A stretch of 63,969 bases of DNA, filler included, from Blastocystis sp. subtype 4 (taxonomy: Eukaryota): assembly GCF_000743755.1 (NCBI RefSeq). It is 3 parts of 3 records of this genome, joined end to end, with 100 filler letters (N's around TTAATTAATTAA, not from the genome) between each part and the next. Parts side by side here need not be neighbours in the genome. Positions count along the whole stretch, not along the records: positions 1 to 25,865 come from NW_014569396.1; 2 more parts are not named here. The stretch is one strand, 5' to 3'. Below are positions 1-11,790 of the stretch, in pieces. Under the pieces are notes generated by a model. The model was not told the DNA's origin. It did not search any database and worked only from the letters and a program-made list of their open reading frames with translations. Numbering within the stretch: position 1 is the stretch's first letter; each line of letters opens with the position of its first letter. Made by a program: the position numbers and the translations under genes.

Positions 1-35
1 AGGAAACCAGGGTTAGGAACTACAAGATAAGCTCT

Positions 36-559
36 TCAATTGATTACAATCTTACGGAAAGCCTTAATAGCCTTTTCAGCAGTGTTTACGTTCATTCTAG
101 GTAAGACAATGTTTAATGGATTCTGGATGCCATGTACAGGTATTATGGCTTCTTCATAATCAAGAGTTACTGTAGATATTCCACAATAATCATTCCGCTC
201 GATTTGTGATTATTCCGCGGTGAAATAGTAAACACCATTTCTGTTACATCGCCAATCTGTACGATAGGATCCCTTGAAAGAATGTAAAACAACGAATATT
301 GTCCTGTAGAAAGAAGATCAGCACAAAAGAAGCACTGTCTTTCCCAGTTATGCTTATTCCTCTTGGATGAATAATAGCATCTACCAACACCTAGTTGAGC
401 GATTGGGACCATATGACAAAAAACCAAAGGATTTTGCGATTCCATAAAGAAATACGAAAATGTGTCTAATCCAATCTCGCCAATTCTTAGAGCTATGAAG
501 ACAATAACGCTTTGGGATGTTTCCCTTCTTCTTGAAGCAGTTGTATTTCTTGTTTTCAT
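36..559 (-). CDS. Hypothetical protein (spliced)
   Basis: ORF 167-559 from an ATG; apparent continuation after a short intron to TGA at 36-38. No family recognised. Confidence 0.4.
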
Positions 560-621
560 AGTCTTTGTCGCTCTCGAATTTTGTTCTACCTCGTATTCTA
601 TGTAATCGAATTGGAATAGGA

Positions 622-1705
622 ATGAACCGTAGAGATACTAGTCTAGGAAGCGAAATTCGGAAGACCATTTATCTCTTTGTACTGATCGGATCCATATTCC
701 GTATTGTATCGTATAGATTTATCGATTTTATGAGACTGTAGGATTATTTGTCATGTCTTTCTGGTGTTACCAGAATACAGCCGTTTGTTTGTCGTTACAA
801 TGTTAGAAGAAACGACGAATCTGATTTTTATTACGGGGTATTAGTGTTCTCTTGAAGATATGTAGACTATCCTTGCAAGTCGTATTCCTAGTTCAGATTT
901 ACTATGCCTTGCTTGGTTTATCTCAGCCAGCACTTCGAAAAGTATTTATTATTGTGATTATGTCGGTTGGCGTTTTGTGATGTTGGTTATTCTAGTCCTA
1001 TGTTGCTTCGTTTCTTCTCATATTCTTATGTTTTTTTGTTAGGACGACTACGATTCTAGACTGGATTCAGTAGAGTTCGTTTGTGATAATAACTATAGTA
1101 TTGTGATTTCTGTGCTGTGTATTTTCTGTCTGGTGTCACTTCTTACATATGGAATTCAAGTCACATCAGCTAGATTGAATCAACTGTAGATCTATCAAGA
1201 AATGAAACGTATCGATGTTTCTAAAAATGTAATTCGCAAAGTAAGAGTTGGAGATATGGTAGTATGAAGATGTTCATCATCATGAGTATTTCATCCTTCA
1301 CATTTGCCTTTCGTGCATTAGTTGAGTTTTTATTTCTTTTTGATGTAATTGTTCTGGATTTTGAGTAGTCCTTCCTATTATGTTGATATGTAGTGAGACT
1401 ACAAATGGAAACATGCATGTGATTGGATCTCATCTCTATGCATCGTATTTGTGTATGTAGAAGTAAGACATAGTGCCATGTACTTTTTCTTCTTTTATTT
1501 CCTCGCTGAGATCAATCCTTTATCTATTCTTTTACTGTCTACCTACATCCGTCCTCATTCGTCTCCTCGCAACAAACCGCGAGTTGAACCTTCCACTCCT
1601 TCTGTACGTGGTCGATTTGCTGTTAAGAATGTATTCCGGAGGAAAGAGGAAGATCCTGATGATGTTCATCAAGCGGTAGGAAGAGAAGAGAGTGATTATA
1701 TCTAG
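622..1705 (+). CDS. Multi-pass membrane protein (multi-exon, hypothetical)
   Basis: Series of hydrophobic exons split by ~30-nt GT-AG introns; final exon ORF 1451-1705 has a TM stretch and a polar tail. Boundaries approximate. Confidence 0.4.
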
Positions 1706-1798
1706 TTATTGTCTCCGGGAACAAGTTATTCATCAATTTCAATTCAGTTGTCAACTCATGTCAACTCTAAGAAGAATTTGTAACATGTTCTGTTTATT

Positions 1799-2415
1799 TC
1801 ACATACCATCATTGGTGCAACAAAGAGAAGAACAACTGTAAGTAGTAACGGTGACAATAACGATAGCTACAATCAGTCCGTAAAGGGCAAGAGCTTCTCC
1901 GAAAATGAGCATAAGAATCATTCCGACGAAGATCTTCTCCTGCTGACCACAAGCGCGAACACCAGCATCTCCAGCAATGCCAATAGAGAGACCAGCAGCT
2001 AAACAAGACAGACCACAACTCAAGCCAGCAGCCAGATGACCGTATCCATTGAAGCTCGAGTAGTGGGTAACACCACCAGTAGGAGCCTTAACTACATATT
2101 ACCGAAGAATTCCATTCTTACTAGCATACACCATAATGATCGAGGCAATCAATCCATAAATACCCAAAATACCAGCCATAATGACAGGAAGCATATTTCG
2201 CATCACAGCTTCGGGTTTGAATACTCCCATGGAACATACACCTACTCCGGCCTTTGCAGTTCCGTAAGCAGAACCCAAATCTAGGAGACAATCAGATACA
2301 GAGAAAAGAACCTACTAGCAAAGATGATAGAAGCAGCAACTCCCATGAAGCCAAAGAAGGGCGCAGAAGAGGGGCAAAGGTCAGAAACAGCAGCCTCGAA
2401 TACAGTGGACAGCAT
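1799..2415 (-). CDS. ATP6V0C: V-type ATPase 16 kDa proteolipid subunit c
   Basis: [48 protein letters not shown] signature. ATG at 2415; two short introns. True end possibly 1831 (poly(A)-made stop). Confidence 0.95.
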
Positions 2416-2880
2416 TCTATTCACAGTAAAGGAATCTAAGCCTTCATATGAAAAGTGGAAACGTGGAAACGATAATGGAATAGGACTTGGAGAAGAAGAT
2501 AGAGATAATAGTACAAAGGGAGGGCATAACTACAGTCGAAACGAGAACAAGAATCTTTGGTGAATTGCTATGTTCTGAATAGGATCTATGCATAGCCATC
2601 TATGTATGTATTTAAACAAAGTGGATGAAAGGAACAGAAAATGATAACAACTCTTCATAACACAGGTTTGTGCAATGAGAAATGCAAGTATATATGGTAC
2701 CTAATAGAGAGGATATAATTAGGGAAATAGGGACCAATTCTCCAAGTTCTAAGAACCGATGTTAATTGGATTCATCTCAAAAAGTATCTCAAAAGGAGTC
2801 GAAATAAAGGTAGGTTGAGATGAAGAGTATTTGTATTGTCGAATGTGTGTGTTTGGAAGTTCCTTGCTAACACTTTGCAG

Positions 2881-3525
2881 ATGCCACGCCCAAACAAGGA
2901 TAGAGACGAATTTGATGATGACGAGGAAGAGGAGGAGGAGGAGGAGGTCGAGGAAGTGGAAGAGGAGGAGGAAGAAGAGGAGGAAGAGGAGGAAGAGGAA
3001 GAGGAGGAAGATGACCTTGAGGAGGTTGATATCGATGAGATGGGTGTGCGTAATGAGTCTGAGGAAGAGGAGGAGGAAAGAGAAGACGTATGGAAAAATG
3101 GTCCTCATCCCGTTGACCAGGAAGTCGATCCTGAGAAATGTTACATTCATTCATACACGAAGGAAGGAGTGGGTCACTTCATTAAGAAGACCAAACTGAA
3201 GATCACTTGGGAATTGGTGATTGAAGGAGAGGAACACACGATTGCTGTTTATCACAGCCAGCTTTCTGGAAAGAAGGTGGTACTATTGGATGGAGACACA
3301 GAATATGAAGAGGAGGAGTTCTTTGATGCCGGTCTGGATTTCACGTTCCCCTTCCGTATTGAGGGCCGTGAGGTATCTGTGATCATCTCAGATGCTCTGG
3401 TTGATGGAAAGGTGGGATGGAACTATGATATTCTCATTGATGGACAATCCCTCAATGAGTTGAACGAGGAGAGATCTATGGGAGCTGGCGGCACGTATGA
3501 GGAGGATGCAGAACTCTTCGAGTAA
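2881..3525 (+). CDS. FAIM1-like domain protein with N-terminal poly-Glu tract
   Basis: ITWELVIEGEEHTIAVYHSQLSGKKVVLLDG...F.F.I...YDILIDGQSL resembles the FAIM beta-sandwich. TGTTTGTT at 3582-3589. Confidence 0.65.
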   Translation: MPRPNKDRDEFDDDEEEEEEEEVEEVEEEEEEEEEEEEEEEEEDDLEEVDIDEMGVRNESEEEEEEREDVWKNGPHPVDQEVDPEKCYIHSYTKEGVGHFIKKTKLKITWELVIEGEEHTIAVYHSQLSGKKVVLLDGDTEYEEEEFFDAGLDFTFPFRIEGREVSVIISDALVDGKVGWNYDILIDGQSLNELNEERSMGAGGTYEEDAELFE

Positions 3526-3694
3526 CTTGTTATCGCTTATTCGCGTTACTCCAATTGTATGCAATCTATATAGTACTCGATTGTTTGTTTGTACATGGTC
3601 GTTCTACTAGGAGTCATTTAAGAGGTAAAGCTAAATACTAGGATAATCACATTTGTTCTTTTAGTTAGGGAATTCGTTGATCGACTCGTATAGC

Positions 3695-6600
3695 ATGAAA
3701 GAGAGGATGATGATGTGTGCGGGAAGAATACTCCTGCTCCTTCTCTGTCTTCTATTGGTCAGCGAAGCAGGACCTAAAGGGAAAAGTAAATTCAACATAT
3801 ATGAGTGTTTTATCTATAGAAACAAATACGAGGAAGGTGAAGGGTGACGATACAGGTATCTTGGTTGTTTCGTGTCGTTCAAGCATTTAGTTGACTCAAA
3901 AGTGTATACTGCCGAAGTAGTGAGTGGCTATCCATTTGAAGACACTCTTTCTTCCAGTTCTGGTTGTTTTTCCAATGTCATAGTATTATTGCGTAGATGG
4001 CATTTTTCGTGTTCATATGGAGCCTCCCTTACTTGATTTCTCAGAGAAGGCCGTGTGTATGCAATGGGAGAGTGTATGTTCGTTCGAAATGGTGTAATTG
4101 TAGAAATTCAAAATACATAATTCAAATAAAATGACAAATTTGCGAATTCGTTCAATTGAGTTTTCGAATGAGTTGCTGTTCACCATGGTTAGCAATTATC
4201 CCAGAATTGTGAAAGCGAACTCAGAAGCAATCTTTGACATTCGTTTCATTCCTCACATTATTGGTACCATCGAGGTCACATGTACCATCACTACCAATAT
4301 TGGCGTTCTTGAATATCAAGTTGATCAATCTGGTTGATTTAATCAATAGATTACTGGGAAGGGTGTTCGGAATACCTATGGAATCTTGCCTATTCTCAAT
4401 GAACACATTCCCCGAGGTAGTGAGTATCAGCATTCTGTTGTTCTCTACAACCCAAACAAGGATAAGAAGATTGTAGTTCATCGAGTTGGAGGTTCAGATG
4501 ACCTTGATATCTTTATTTCGGCAGCTACAGAAATCGGTACATTTTATGGAATTCTATGAATTGCAGAATGGGTAGTAGATGAGCGTCGATCTGCAGAGAT
4601 ATTTAGCTTTGGATATAAGCAATCAGATCAACGTCGGTATTTTGTGAGTGTCAGATAGTCTTATGATCTCTAGGGTATGGTTCATGCTGTGACAAATGTT
4701 GCTACGTTTTTCATTCCAGTGGAAATCTATTGTGATGAAGGTTCACTAACAGCTAGACCTGCTGAATTCGCTTTAGGTTCAGTTGCTTTATCAGAGAGGC
4801 CTCTAGAATATGATTTGGAGCTTCTAAATAGTAATTCTTATCCGATCCACATCGATCGAATTGATCTACGCAGTCGACGAAGTGATTCTTCTCATATTGA
4901 AGTACGAATGGGTAATGAGACTCTACCAAGCTTTAAATATACTGTGGCGATGCGTTTATTATTCCATTGTGAAGAAGAAGGAGAGTATCGAGGTTCCTAT
5001 GTTATAACAACAGATCAGGAGAGTCCTGTTCTTCACACAATCATTATCTCATTCTCGTATAAGTTGATATTCTCTCTTTCAATTTATCTGATAGAGTATT
5101 GAATGGATCTATTGCTACAATCTCACCAATCTATTATCAAATTCCTTTGGATCTGAATACTCGAATTGTGTCAATTCCTGTGACTATGCACAATCATTAT
5201 GCAGTTCCAGTTGCAGTAACACATGTTGGAATTCCAGAAATAGCAGCTACTTTAGTTAGTATATCTGACCGAGCTGATTTTAGTCGTTTCATTGTAAATG
5301 TCTCATTTATGTTGACATTCAGATGAACTACACAGTTAGTTGTATAGCTCAACCTAATTCCGATTTTTCACCATTTTTCTTCCTCTTTCACTTATCTCGT
5401 TACCGTCCACGAAGGTATTCAAATCTCCTTGTGATTAGATTTAGTCAGAAAGGCATCTTTGCAACCACAGTTCACATTATGACAAACATCACTTCATTCG
5501 ATATAGATTTATTGGTGTTTGATGGGCTTATTGCTTCGTATCTAGGTAATGTGATTCTTAAATCACCGTACGATATGTTGATCGAAGTTCCTAATTCTAG
5601 TCAATTGGACCATGAACGTGTTATGTGGGGAACACGATTACAGCCTATTCGTTCGGCTGTTGGGAGTAGTGATGTGTATCTTAATATCGATATGGGTTAT
5701 TTTTACCCAAAGGAACATCATTATCAAACTCTTGTTCTCTATAATCGCAATCCTGTTGCTTCTCATATTCTAATCAATTCTCCTCAAGTTCCAGGCATTT
5801 CACTTACTCCAATATATCGAGCTCTTTTGACAAATCAAACACTTACTGACAATTCTTCTCAATCCAGTATACATGCGTGTTCTCTCTTACGTTTAGTGTT
5901 CACATTGCCAGCCAATTACTATCAGTTGGCTCCTTGGGAGTATCTAATCTTCCTTCTCGATGTCACTGCTGACATTCCTTCTCCTGAGCTCTCTAGCTAC
6001 CATTCACAGTCCTCCTCTATTCCTTCCATCACAACTTACAATTACTCAACTGTGATCAGTATGGAGAATGAGATTCAACGAGTTGAAATGAAATGTGGAT
6101 TTGATGCATAGTTGGACTTAGGTGTTCACTACTTATTCCTGAATGGAACACTGCTCTTTGGAAAGAATAACACAATTGATTTGAAAATTTATTTTGGTGT
6201 ATATTCCCGTGGAATTATTCATGTATAGCAAGATAAGGTATTTCATAATATTCATTATGTGAATACTCTTCAAGGATCGTTAACTGTCCAATCAGTCGAA
6301 GTATCATCTCCATACTTAGGATTCCAGTATCCTTCAATCACTTTACAGCATGATCCGATCGATCCTGAAGCTTCATTCTTCTTTGGAACTCTGTCATATG
6401 ATCCATCAGAGGAATATAAGGCTTGTAAGACGTTGTTATGTCACGTACTGCCTGCTAAACATGCATATGGAACTTCTTTGGATATGCTTCCCTCTACACC
6501 CTCAGCCACAATGCTTCAGCGTCGAGTCAAGCAGAAGAGCTTCCATGAGAAGGTAGTTGAGAGTTATGAATCAGAGACACTAGCGTAAGTGTAGGCTAAA

Positions 6601-9600
6601 TTCTTAAGTCTAGAATCACAACTGATTTGGCTAGTGTGATTGAAGTGGAGGTTCGGATTCGGCCGACAATAGTTAACCTTTTGAAGGATCCTCGTCACCA
6701 GCGAGGTCATTTGATAAGTCGAGGGATTTATGGTGTGCTGGATACATTAGGATTTCTCGTGGATTGGCATGGGAGTAGGCCATCAGGAACACAACGAAAA
6801 TATCGAGATATGGTTGAAGTAGATGTTGATCAGGAACAGTTGCTTGCGTATTACGCAGCTTCTGATGACGAATCAGTAGACTATTCGCAGCCTCATCGTG
6901 TAACTGAACTGCTAGACATGCGAAGTTCTTCCATTCGGAATGGAGAGCATGTGTTGGTTCAGGGACATGATGTAATTCTCTTTGCTAATACTGTTGTGAA
7001 CACCACTCGCTCGCTGTTCGTATCTCTCTATAATCCTCTGGAATACCCAGTTATCGTTCATCTTACTGACTACACAGATTCTCTTCCTGAAGGATTACTT
7101 CCAGGGAACCAAAGTGACTTCTTTTCACTTGCTGAAGAAGGGAGTTACGAGGGTCTGATTCCTCCAAGCGGGAAGTTATCACTTGGTCCTGTGTTCTTCC
7201 ATCCGACAGAATTTGGAACGTTTAGTCATTACTTCGTAATTATGAATAACTATACTGGATTGGAGCCAAGTATTCGTGTGTCAGTTGAATCAAACCTAGT
7301 TCTTCTCGCTGGTCGAAGCATCCTTCAGCCAATTCTACTTCGTGATAGTGTGGGTTATCTTGAGAAAGTAGGAATAACGGAAGAAATTTATCCAAGGCGC
7401 TACAATTGGCAGTAACATATGCAGGGACTGTCGCTCAAACACGGGAATCTGAGATTAATCGCAATATTATGAGTTATCATCGAATCGAAGTATCGTTGCG
7501 TCGTGATTACTCTGTCCGTGTCTTTAATGCTTCCTTACTCACATCGAGTGAGGCTGCAACTCCTCGTGCTCATGTCTTGATGAAATTTGGATCGTTTTTG
7601 TCAACTGGAGTTGAAAAGCGTGTGAACACAAGTATAACAGACACAGAGATGCGACGAGTTGTGATTCCTCGCACAGGAATGCCTCGGCCTCTTGTAGCAG
7701 GGTTTGGTGAGTTGCCACCAGAAGGGCTAGTGTTGAATGGAGACAGCCATTTGACTCTGCTTCTTACAAATTACCCCATTTGCATGCCAACAGAAACACT
7801 TATTCTTCGAGTTAGAATATGATGGAGAGATTGATTGAATAGCTGAATACATCCGTGGGAATTCATGATTTACAGATTCAATTTGTATATGAACCTCTAA
7901 TAGAGATGACATGTATTCATAACTACTCTGTAGCAACATCCATCTATCTCGAAGAGTACTTCTTCTGATTCGATTCAATACTTAGAATGAAAATGGTGAT
8001 TCTCGCTGTATTGGCTCTGGTTATGGCTTTCCTGGCTCTTCTGTATCTGAATCTGCAGCCTGATATGGAATGGACGCTTGAAGGAGGAATTCTTCGTGTA
8101 TTGAGTAGTACTGATGTTTAGTGATTATTGATAGATATGGTTACTTCTCAACAGAAGTGTTATGTTATGAGAAGTTCAACCGGTTTTGTTGAGGTACCTA
8201 TGAGTGAAGTGGCAGAGAAATTGGCTTCAAAGATGCATACTCTCTCCAACGGGTCCTCTGTCACTCCTACGAAGAAAGAGCCCTCACTTCAGCCGCCGGC
8301 TCGGCCTATTCTTACACCCCGTCCTCCTCCTGTGGTACTAAACCGTCCACAGCCTCGAGAAGAGAGTGTGTTGGATGTGGTAGTGGCGAAGAATCGAGAG
8401 AGTGAAGAGGCGGAAGAGAGAGCCCAAAAGCGAAGACTGAAAGTGTTAGTGGAACAGATCAATCAACGTGCAGAGAAGGAACGGAGGAAGAAGGAAAAGA
8501 AGGAGAAGGCCAAAAAGGAGATGGAGAAGAAGAAGGGAGGCTCGAATGTGAATGAAGCTGTGGCTTCAGTGAAGGAGCCAGCGAAGGAATCTGTGAAAGA
8601 GAGTATGAAAGACACAGTAGCTCCAGTGAAAGAGCCAGTAAAGGAATCTCTGAAAGAAACTATGGCTTCAGTGAAAGAGAGTGTGAGAGAGATAGTAGCT
8701 CCAGTGAAGGAATCTGTGAAGGAATCTGTGAAGGAACCTGTTCCAGCATCGAAGTCTATGAAACAGAAGACTGATCGTAAGTCTGAAGGAAAAGCAAAGT
8801 CCACGGAGCCCAAATCCAAACCTACTTCAGCTCCTAACTCTGAATCTAAACCAATTCCTGTTCCTGAGTCCAAGCCTGAGCCTGAACTGGAACCTGAACC
8901 CACTACTGCTCCTGTAACCACACCACCACCCGAATCCCAGCCTGAATTGTCCCAACCCATCTCCTCTAATGCTAATCCATCTCCAACAGACTCCACTTCT
9001 ATTGCTCAACCCTCATCAGAGAAAGATACCATGTCTCCTCTGGTTGTAGCTCCTTCTATTCTCTCTGTTCTCGAAGACTCCAGCACACATGTCCAACTTG
9101 CTGCCTCTCATTCCAACAATGATACTCCAACATCCAAAGAGAAGCGTCTCTTCGATACAGATCGTTCTTCTCTTGGAGAAGGAACGAGTGAGATTTTCTC
9201 CTCAATTGCTCCTATGGCTTCACGTCCGCCTACAACAGGAACAGGAAGATCTATCTCTGATCGAAAGAACTCACGGTCTTCTACTCCAGCAAGGAATAAC
9301 CAGGTCAAAGAAACAACTCGAAAGAATCGAACCAATCTGTCTGTGGATGCAGCCGCTTATATTCATCCTGAGCCTTCTGTATGTGGAAGTGTTCAGTCTT
9401 CTCAAGGCGTAAATGATTCTATCAATGGAGAAGATGAGAGTCATTCACTACGTCTCGACCAGGATTTATTTGTGCCCCAGTACGAAGGTATGTTGGATTC
9501 CATGATGTCAAATGCCAATTATTCTCAACGAATTGGATGGCCTATGTATTCTCGCTATCCAAATGCTTCTCAATCTTCCTATCTCTGTGATTCCACTGGA

Positions 9601-10274
9601 TATAGTTATCCTTTCGCTGACCCTTATCTTCAGTCTAATCCCCGCGGTTATCATGATGGATTCAGTCGAAGTTTGTATACTGAATATGATACATTCTTGG
9701 ACTATCGAGCTCCTATTGCACATCGAGGAACACGACCATCTCTCTCGTCATCCTCGTATCGAGACCCATTGATGACAGGAGCAACCTCTAGAATGGATTT
9801 GTGGGATGACAATACTCGATTGAATGAGAGTCGAGGGTTTTTGGATCGAGATGACATTCTGGCTGATGACTATGAGGATACGCCACTGAATCTCCGGGAC
9901 CCGGATTCGTTGATATTCCCGGGATCTCGTAGCAGTTCTGTGAATTTGTATAACCCAGTTCCCTCAGTATCTCGATTTGGTAGAACTTGAAGAAGAACGT
10001 GATTTGTAGGAACTTCAGGCGAGAGGAGTCAGAGTCGTGGACGGATGGATTTGGATTTGAGTCTGGATGGAATGGGACAAGGATTAGAGTATCCAACCTA
10101 TCGATCTCCAAGTCGCATGGAATATGGTGGTAACTGTAAGTATAGATAAGAATGGTCATATGTAGTGTCCTTCCAATCTACTCAGTATCCAGATGAACGT
10201 CGGAATACTATGAATGCTCCCAATTTTGACAACTATGGATTTGATGACCCATATGCCTTTGGTCATACCTATTA
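3695..10274 (+). CDS. TMEM131-like large type I membrane protein (many exons)
   Basis: Signal-peptide-like start; Ig/PapD-like segments (LYNPLEYPVIVHL...LGPVFFHPTEFGTFSHYFVIMNNYTGLE); TM near 8000; long Lys/Pro/Ser-rich tail. Predicted poly(A)-completed stop at 10273-10274. Confidence 0.7.
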
Positions 10275-10321
10275 CTTGTGTTTGTTAAAACACTATATAG
10301 AAACAAACATACAACCTAAAG

Positions 10322-10430
10322 GACTATTAGTGACTTCGCATATTGATACAACGATTAGTCATTCTATCACACCAAAAAATCACTTGTATCTGCTCTAGTT
10401 TGAATTCTGATACAACTCGGTAGAAACAAG
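10322..10430 (-). ncRNA. Candidate box H/ACA snoRNA
   Basis: On the minus strand: hairpin (TGTTTCTA..TAGAGCA), ATACAA hinge (ANANNA), hairpin (GTGATTT..GAAGTCAC with inner TGATAGAATGA/TCGTTGTATCA), then an ATA tail. Confidence 0.45.
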
Positions 10431-10459
10431 TCTATCAGGGACTCTAGAGCGACAAAAAG

Positions 10460-10560
10460 GTGGTCAGTGATCAATGCATCCTGGCTTAATGTGCATTGAC
10501 ATGTGATCTTTCAATCGAATCATAGTCGATCATACGGGGAAAGAATTATAATCATCCCAC
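10460..10560 (-). ncRNA. Box C/D snoRNA, copy 1 (LSU CGGGGAAAGAA guide; snR190/SNORD12-like)
   Basis: Terminal GTGG/CCAC stem, C-like ATGATT, D box CTGA; guide TTCTTTCCCCG before an ATGA D' box is antisense to conserved LSU CGGGGAAAGAA. Confidence 0.75.
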
Positions 10561-10565
10561 ACAAC

Positions 10566-10628
10566 ACCATCAGGAGAATAACACAGTATAGCGATCATGA
10601 TTCACGCTTTCATATTTCATCATACAGA
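10566..10628 (-). ncRNA. Box C/D snoRNA, target unassigned
   Basis: ATGATGA (10623-10617) and CTGA (10573-10570) about 55 nt apart, lying between other snoRNAs. Confidence 0.6.
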
Positions 10629-10635
10629 TAACAAA

Positions 10636-10736
10636 GTGGTCAGTGATCAATGCATCCTGGCTTAATGTGCATTGACATGTAATCTTTCAATCGAATCATA
10701 GTCGATCATACGGGGAAAGAATTATAATCATCCCAC
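10636..10736 (-). ncRNA. Box C/D snoRNA, copy 2 (duplicate of 10460-10560)
   Basis: 101-nt direct repeat of copy 1 with one substitution (10505 g vs 10681 a). Confidence 0.75.
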
Positions 10737-10743
10737 TACACAA

Positions 10744-10822
10744 GGAAACTCAGACAAATGCCTCGAATGAAATCATGCAATGGATTATCATACTCGTCAT
10801 CTATTTCCTCATCATGGTTTCC
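10744..10822 (-). ncRNA. Double-guide box C/D snoRNA (U15/snR13 plus snR75-type sites)
   Basis: GGAAAC/GTTTCC terminal stem; C box ATGATGA; guides TAGATGACGAG-t-ATGA and CGAGGCATTTG-t-CTGA, both antisense to LSU CCAAATGCCTCGTCATCTA. Confidence 0.9.
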
Positions 10823-11097
10823 AATGCAATCCACACACCTTGTCATCCAACATACCTGTAACGAGATACTGTCATTCTCTATATGTACGTAAGCAAAAGA
10901 AATACACTATCACACAATCAAGCAATTCGAGTAGCCCACAAATGTCTATCGCACATTCCTTAGAGTAACTACTATGAAGTAGCCATCTTACACAACGGCG
11001 AATAGAAATCTCAGGTGATTCAGACTCCGCATTCACTATCAAACAAAAGGTCTGATAGAGTTGGAGTGGTGATACATTCTTTCATCCTTGATAAACA

Positions 11098-11180
11098 AGT
11101 ATCAGCAACATCTTCCTTAAATCATTTGGGCTTTGCCCATATTAAGACCGTCGTGTAGAAGATGTAACTCATCATGTACA
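11098..11180 (-). ncRNA. Box C/D snoRNA (LSU AGACCGTCGTG guide; U29/snR69/snR71 region)
   Basis: C box ATGATGA at 11175-11169, D box CTGA at 11105-11102, guide CACGACGGTCT antisense to LSU AGACCGTCGTG. Confidence 0.8.
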
Positions 11181-11257
11181 CACACAAATAGACACATTCT
11201 CACACTACATACCTGCTTATCTGGATAGCCCAGATGATATACTTCTACAAACGATTA

Positions 11258-11564
11258 GATTGTTTCCACTATGGTTTGTCCTCAATATCCATGTTGCATA
11301 GCAACTCATCCGGAATAGGAATATAGTAGCAGGGCAGGAGCAAGCTTACGCGAGCTCAACTGTCCATCAATCTAGGATCTGCTTGCTGCCTGGGACTTCA
11401 CCAAACGGTAGTCAGACTACCTTCCATGGCGTGCAAGAGCGGGAGTCACATTAAACAATATCGTCACCGCCGGATCCATGTCATGCAATCTAGGCACGAT
11501 GAGAATATACTCTACTAATTTGGACTTCATCCATAAAGATGGTCACCAAAAGAATTAATAGAAA
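11258..11564 (-). ncRNA. snR30: snR30/U17 H/ACA processing snoRNA
   Basis: Motif m1 ATATTCCTA (11324-11316), m2 AAACCAT (11277-11271) exactly 7 nt before the ACA box (11263-11261). 5' hairpin (CTATTAATT/AATTAGTAG) followed by H-like AGAGTA (11513-11508). Confidence 0.88.
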
Positions 11565-11727
11565 TCTCTTGCATGACTATTTGCGTTTCTAGTCAAATAT
11601 GATAAGAAACGAGGTTACCCATGCGACGGTTACCATTACAAATGTACACTGTCATGGAATACAAACGACTCCTCACATTTGCCTTAGGAACACGCATATA
11701 GTTTAATCCTCCGTGTACAAATCAAGA

Positions 11728-11790
11728 CATGTCAGATCAAGTCGTCATCACAAAAACTATGACTGGGGCGACAAAAGTTCATCATCAATT
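11728..11790 (-). ncRNA. Box C/D snoRNA (LSU TGACTGGGGCG guide; U31/snR67 region)
   Basis: C box ATGATGA at 11785-11779, internal TGATGA C', D box CTGA at 11735-11732; CGCCCCAGTCA is antisense to LSU TGACTGGGGCG. Confidence 0.75.

Noticed and set aside
10460..10736. CRISPR array or LTR interpretation of the 101-nt direct repeat
   Set aside because: Only two copies, eukaryotic context, and the repeat matches a C/D snoRNA unit exactly.
10980..11095. U14 next to the snR190-like RNA, as in yeast
   Set aside because: Domain A (CATTCGCAG) and domain B (TCCTTGGATG) are not present.
11330..11570. U3, SRP RNA or RNase MRP identity
   Set aside because: Only partial look-alike motifs with wrong spacing; the region is better explained as the body of snR30.
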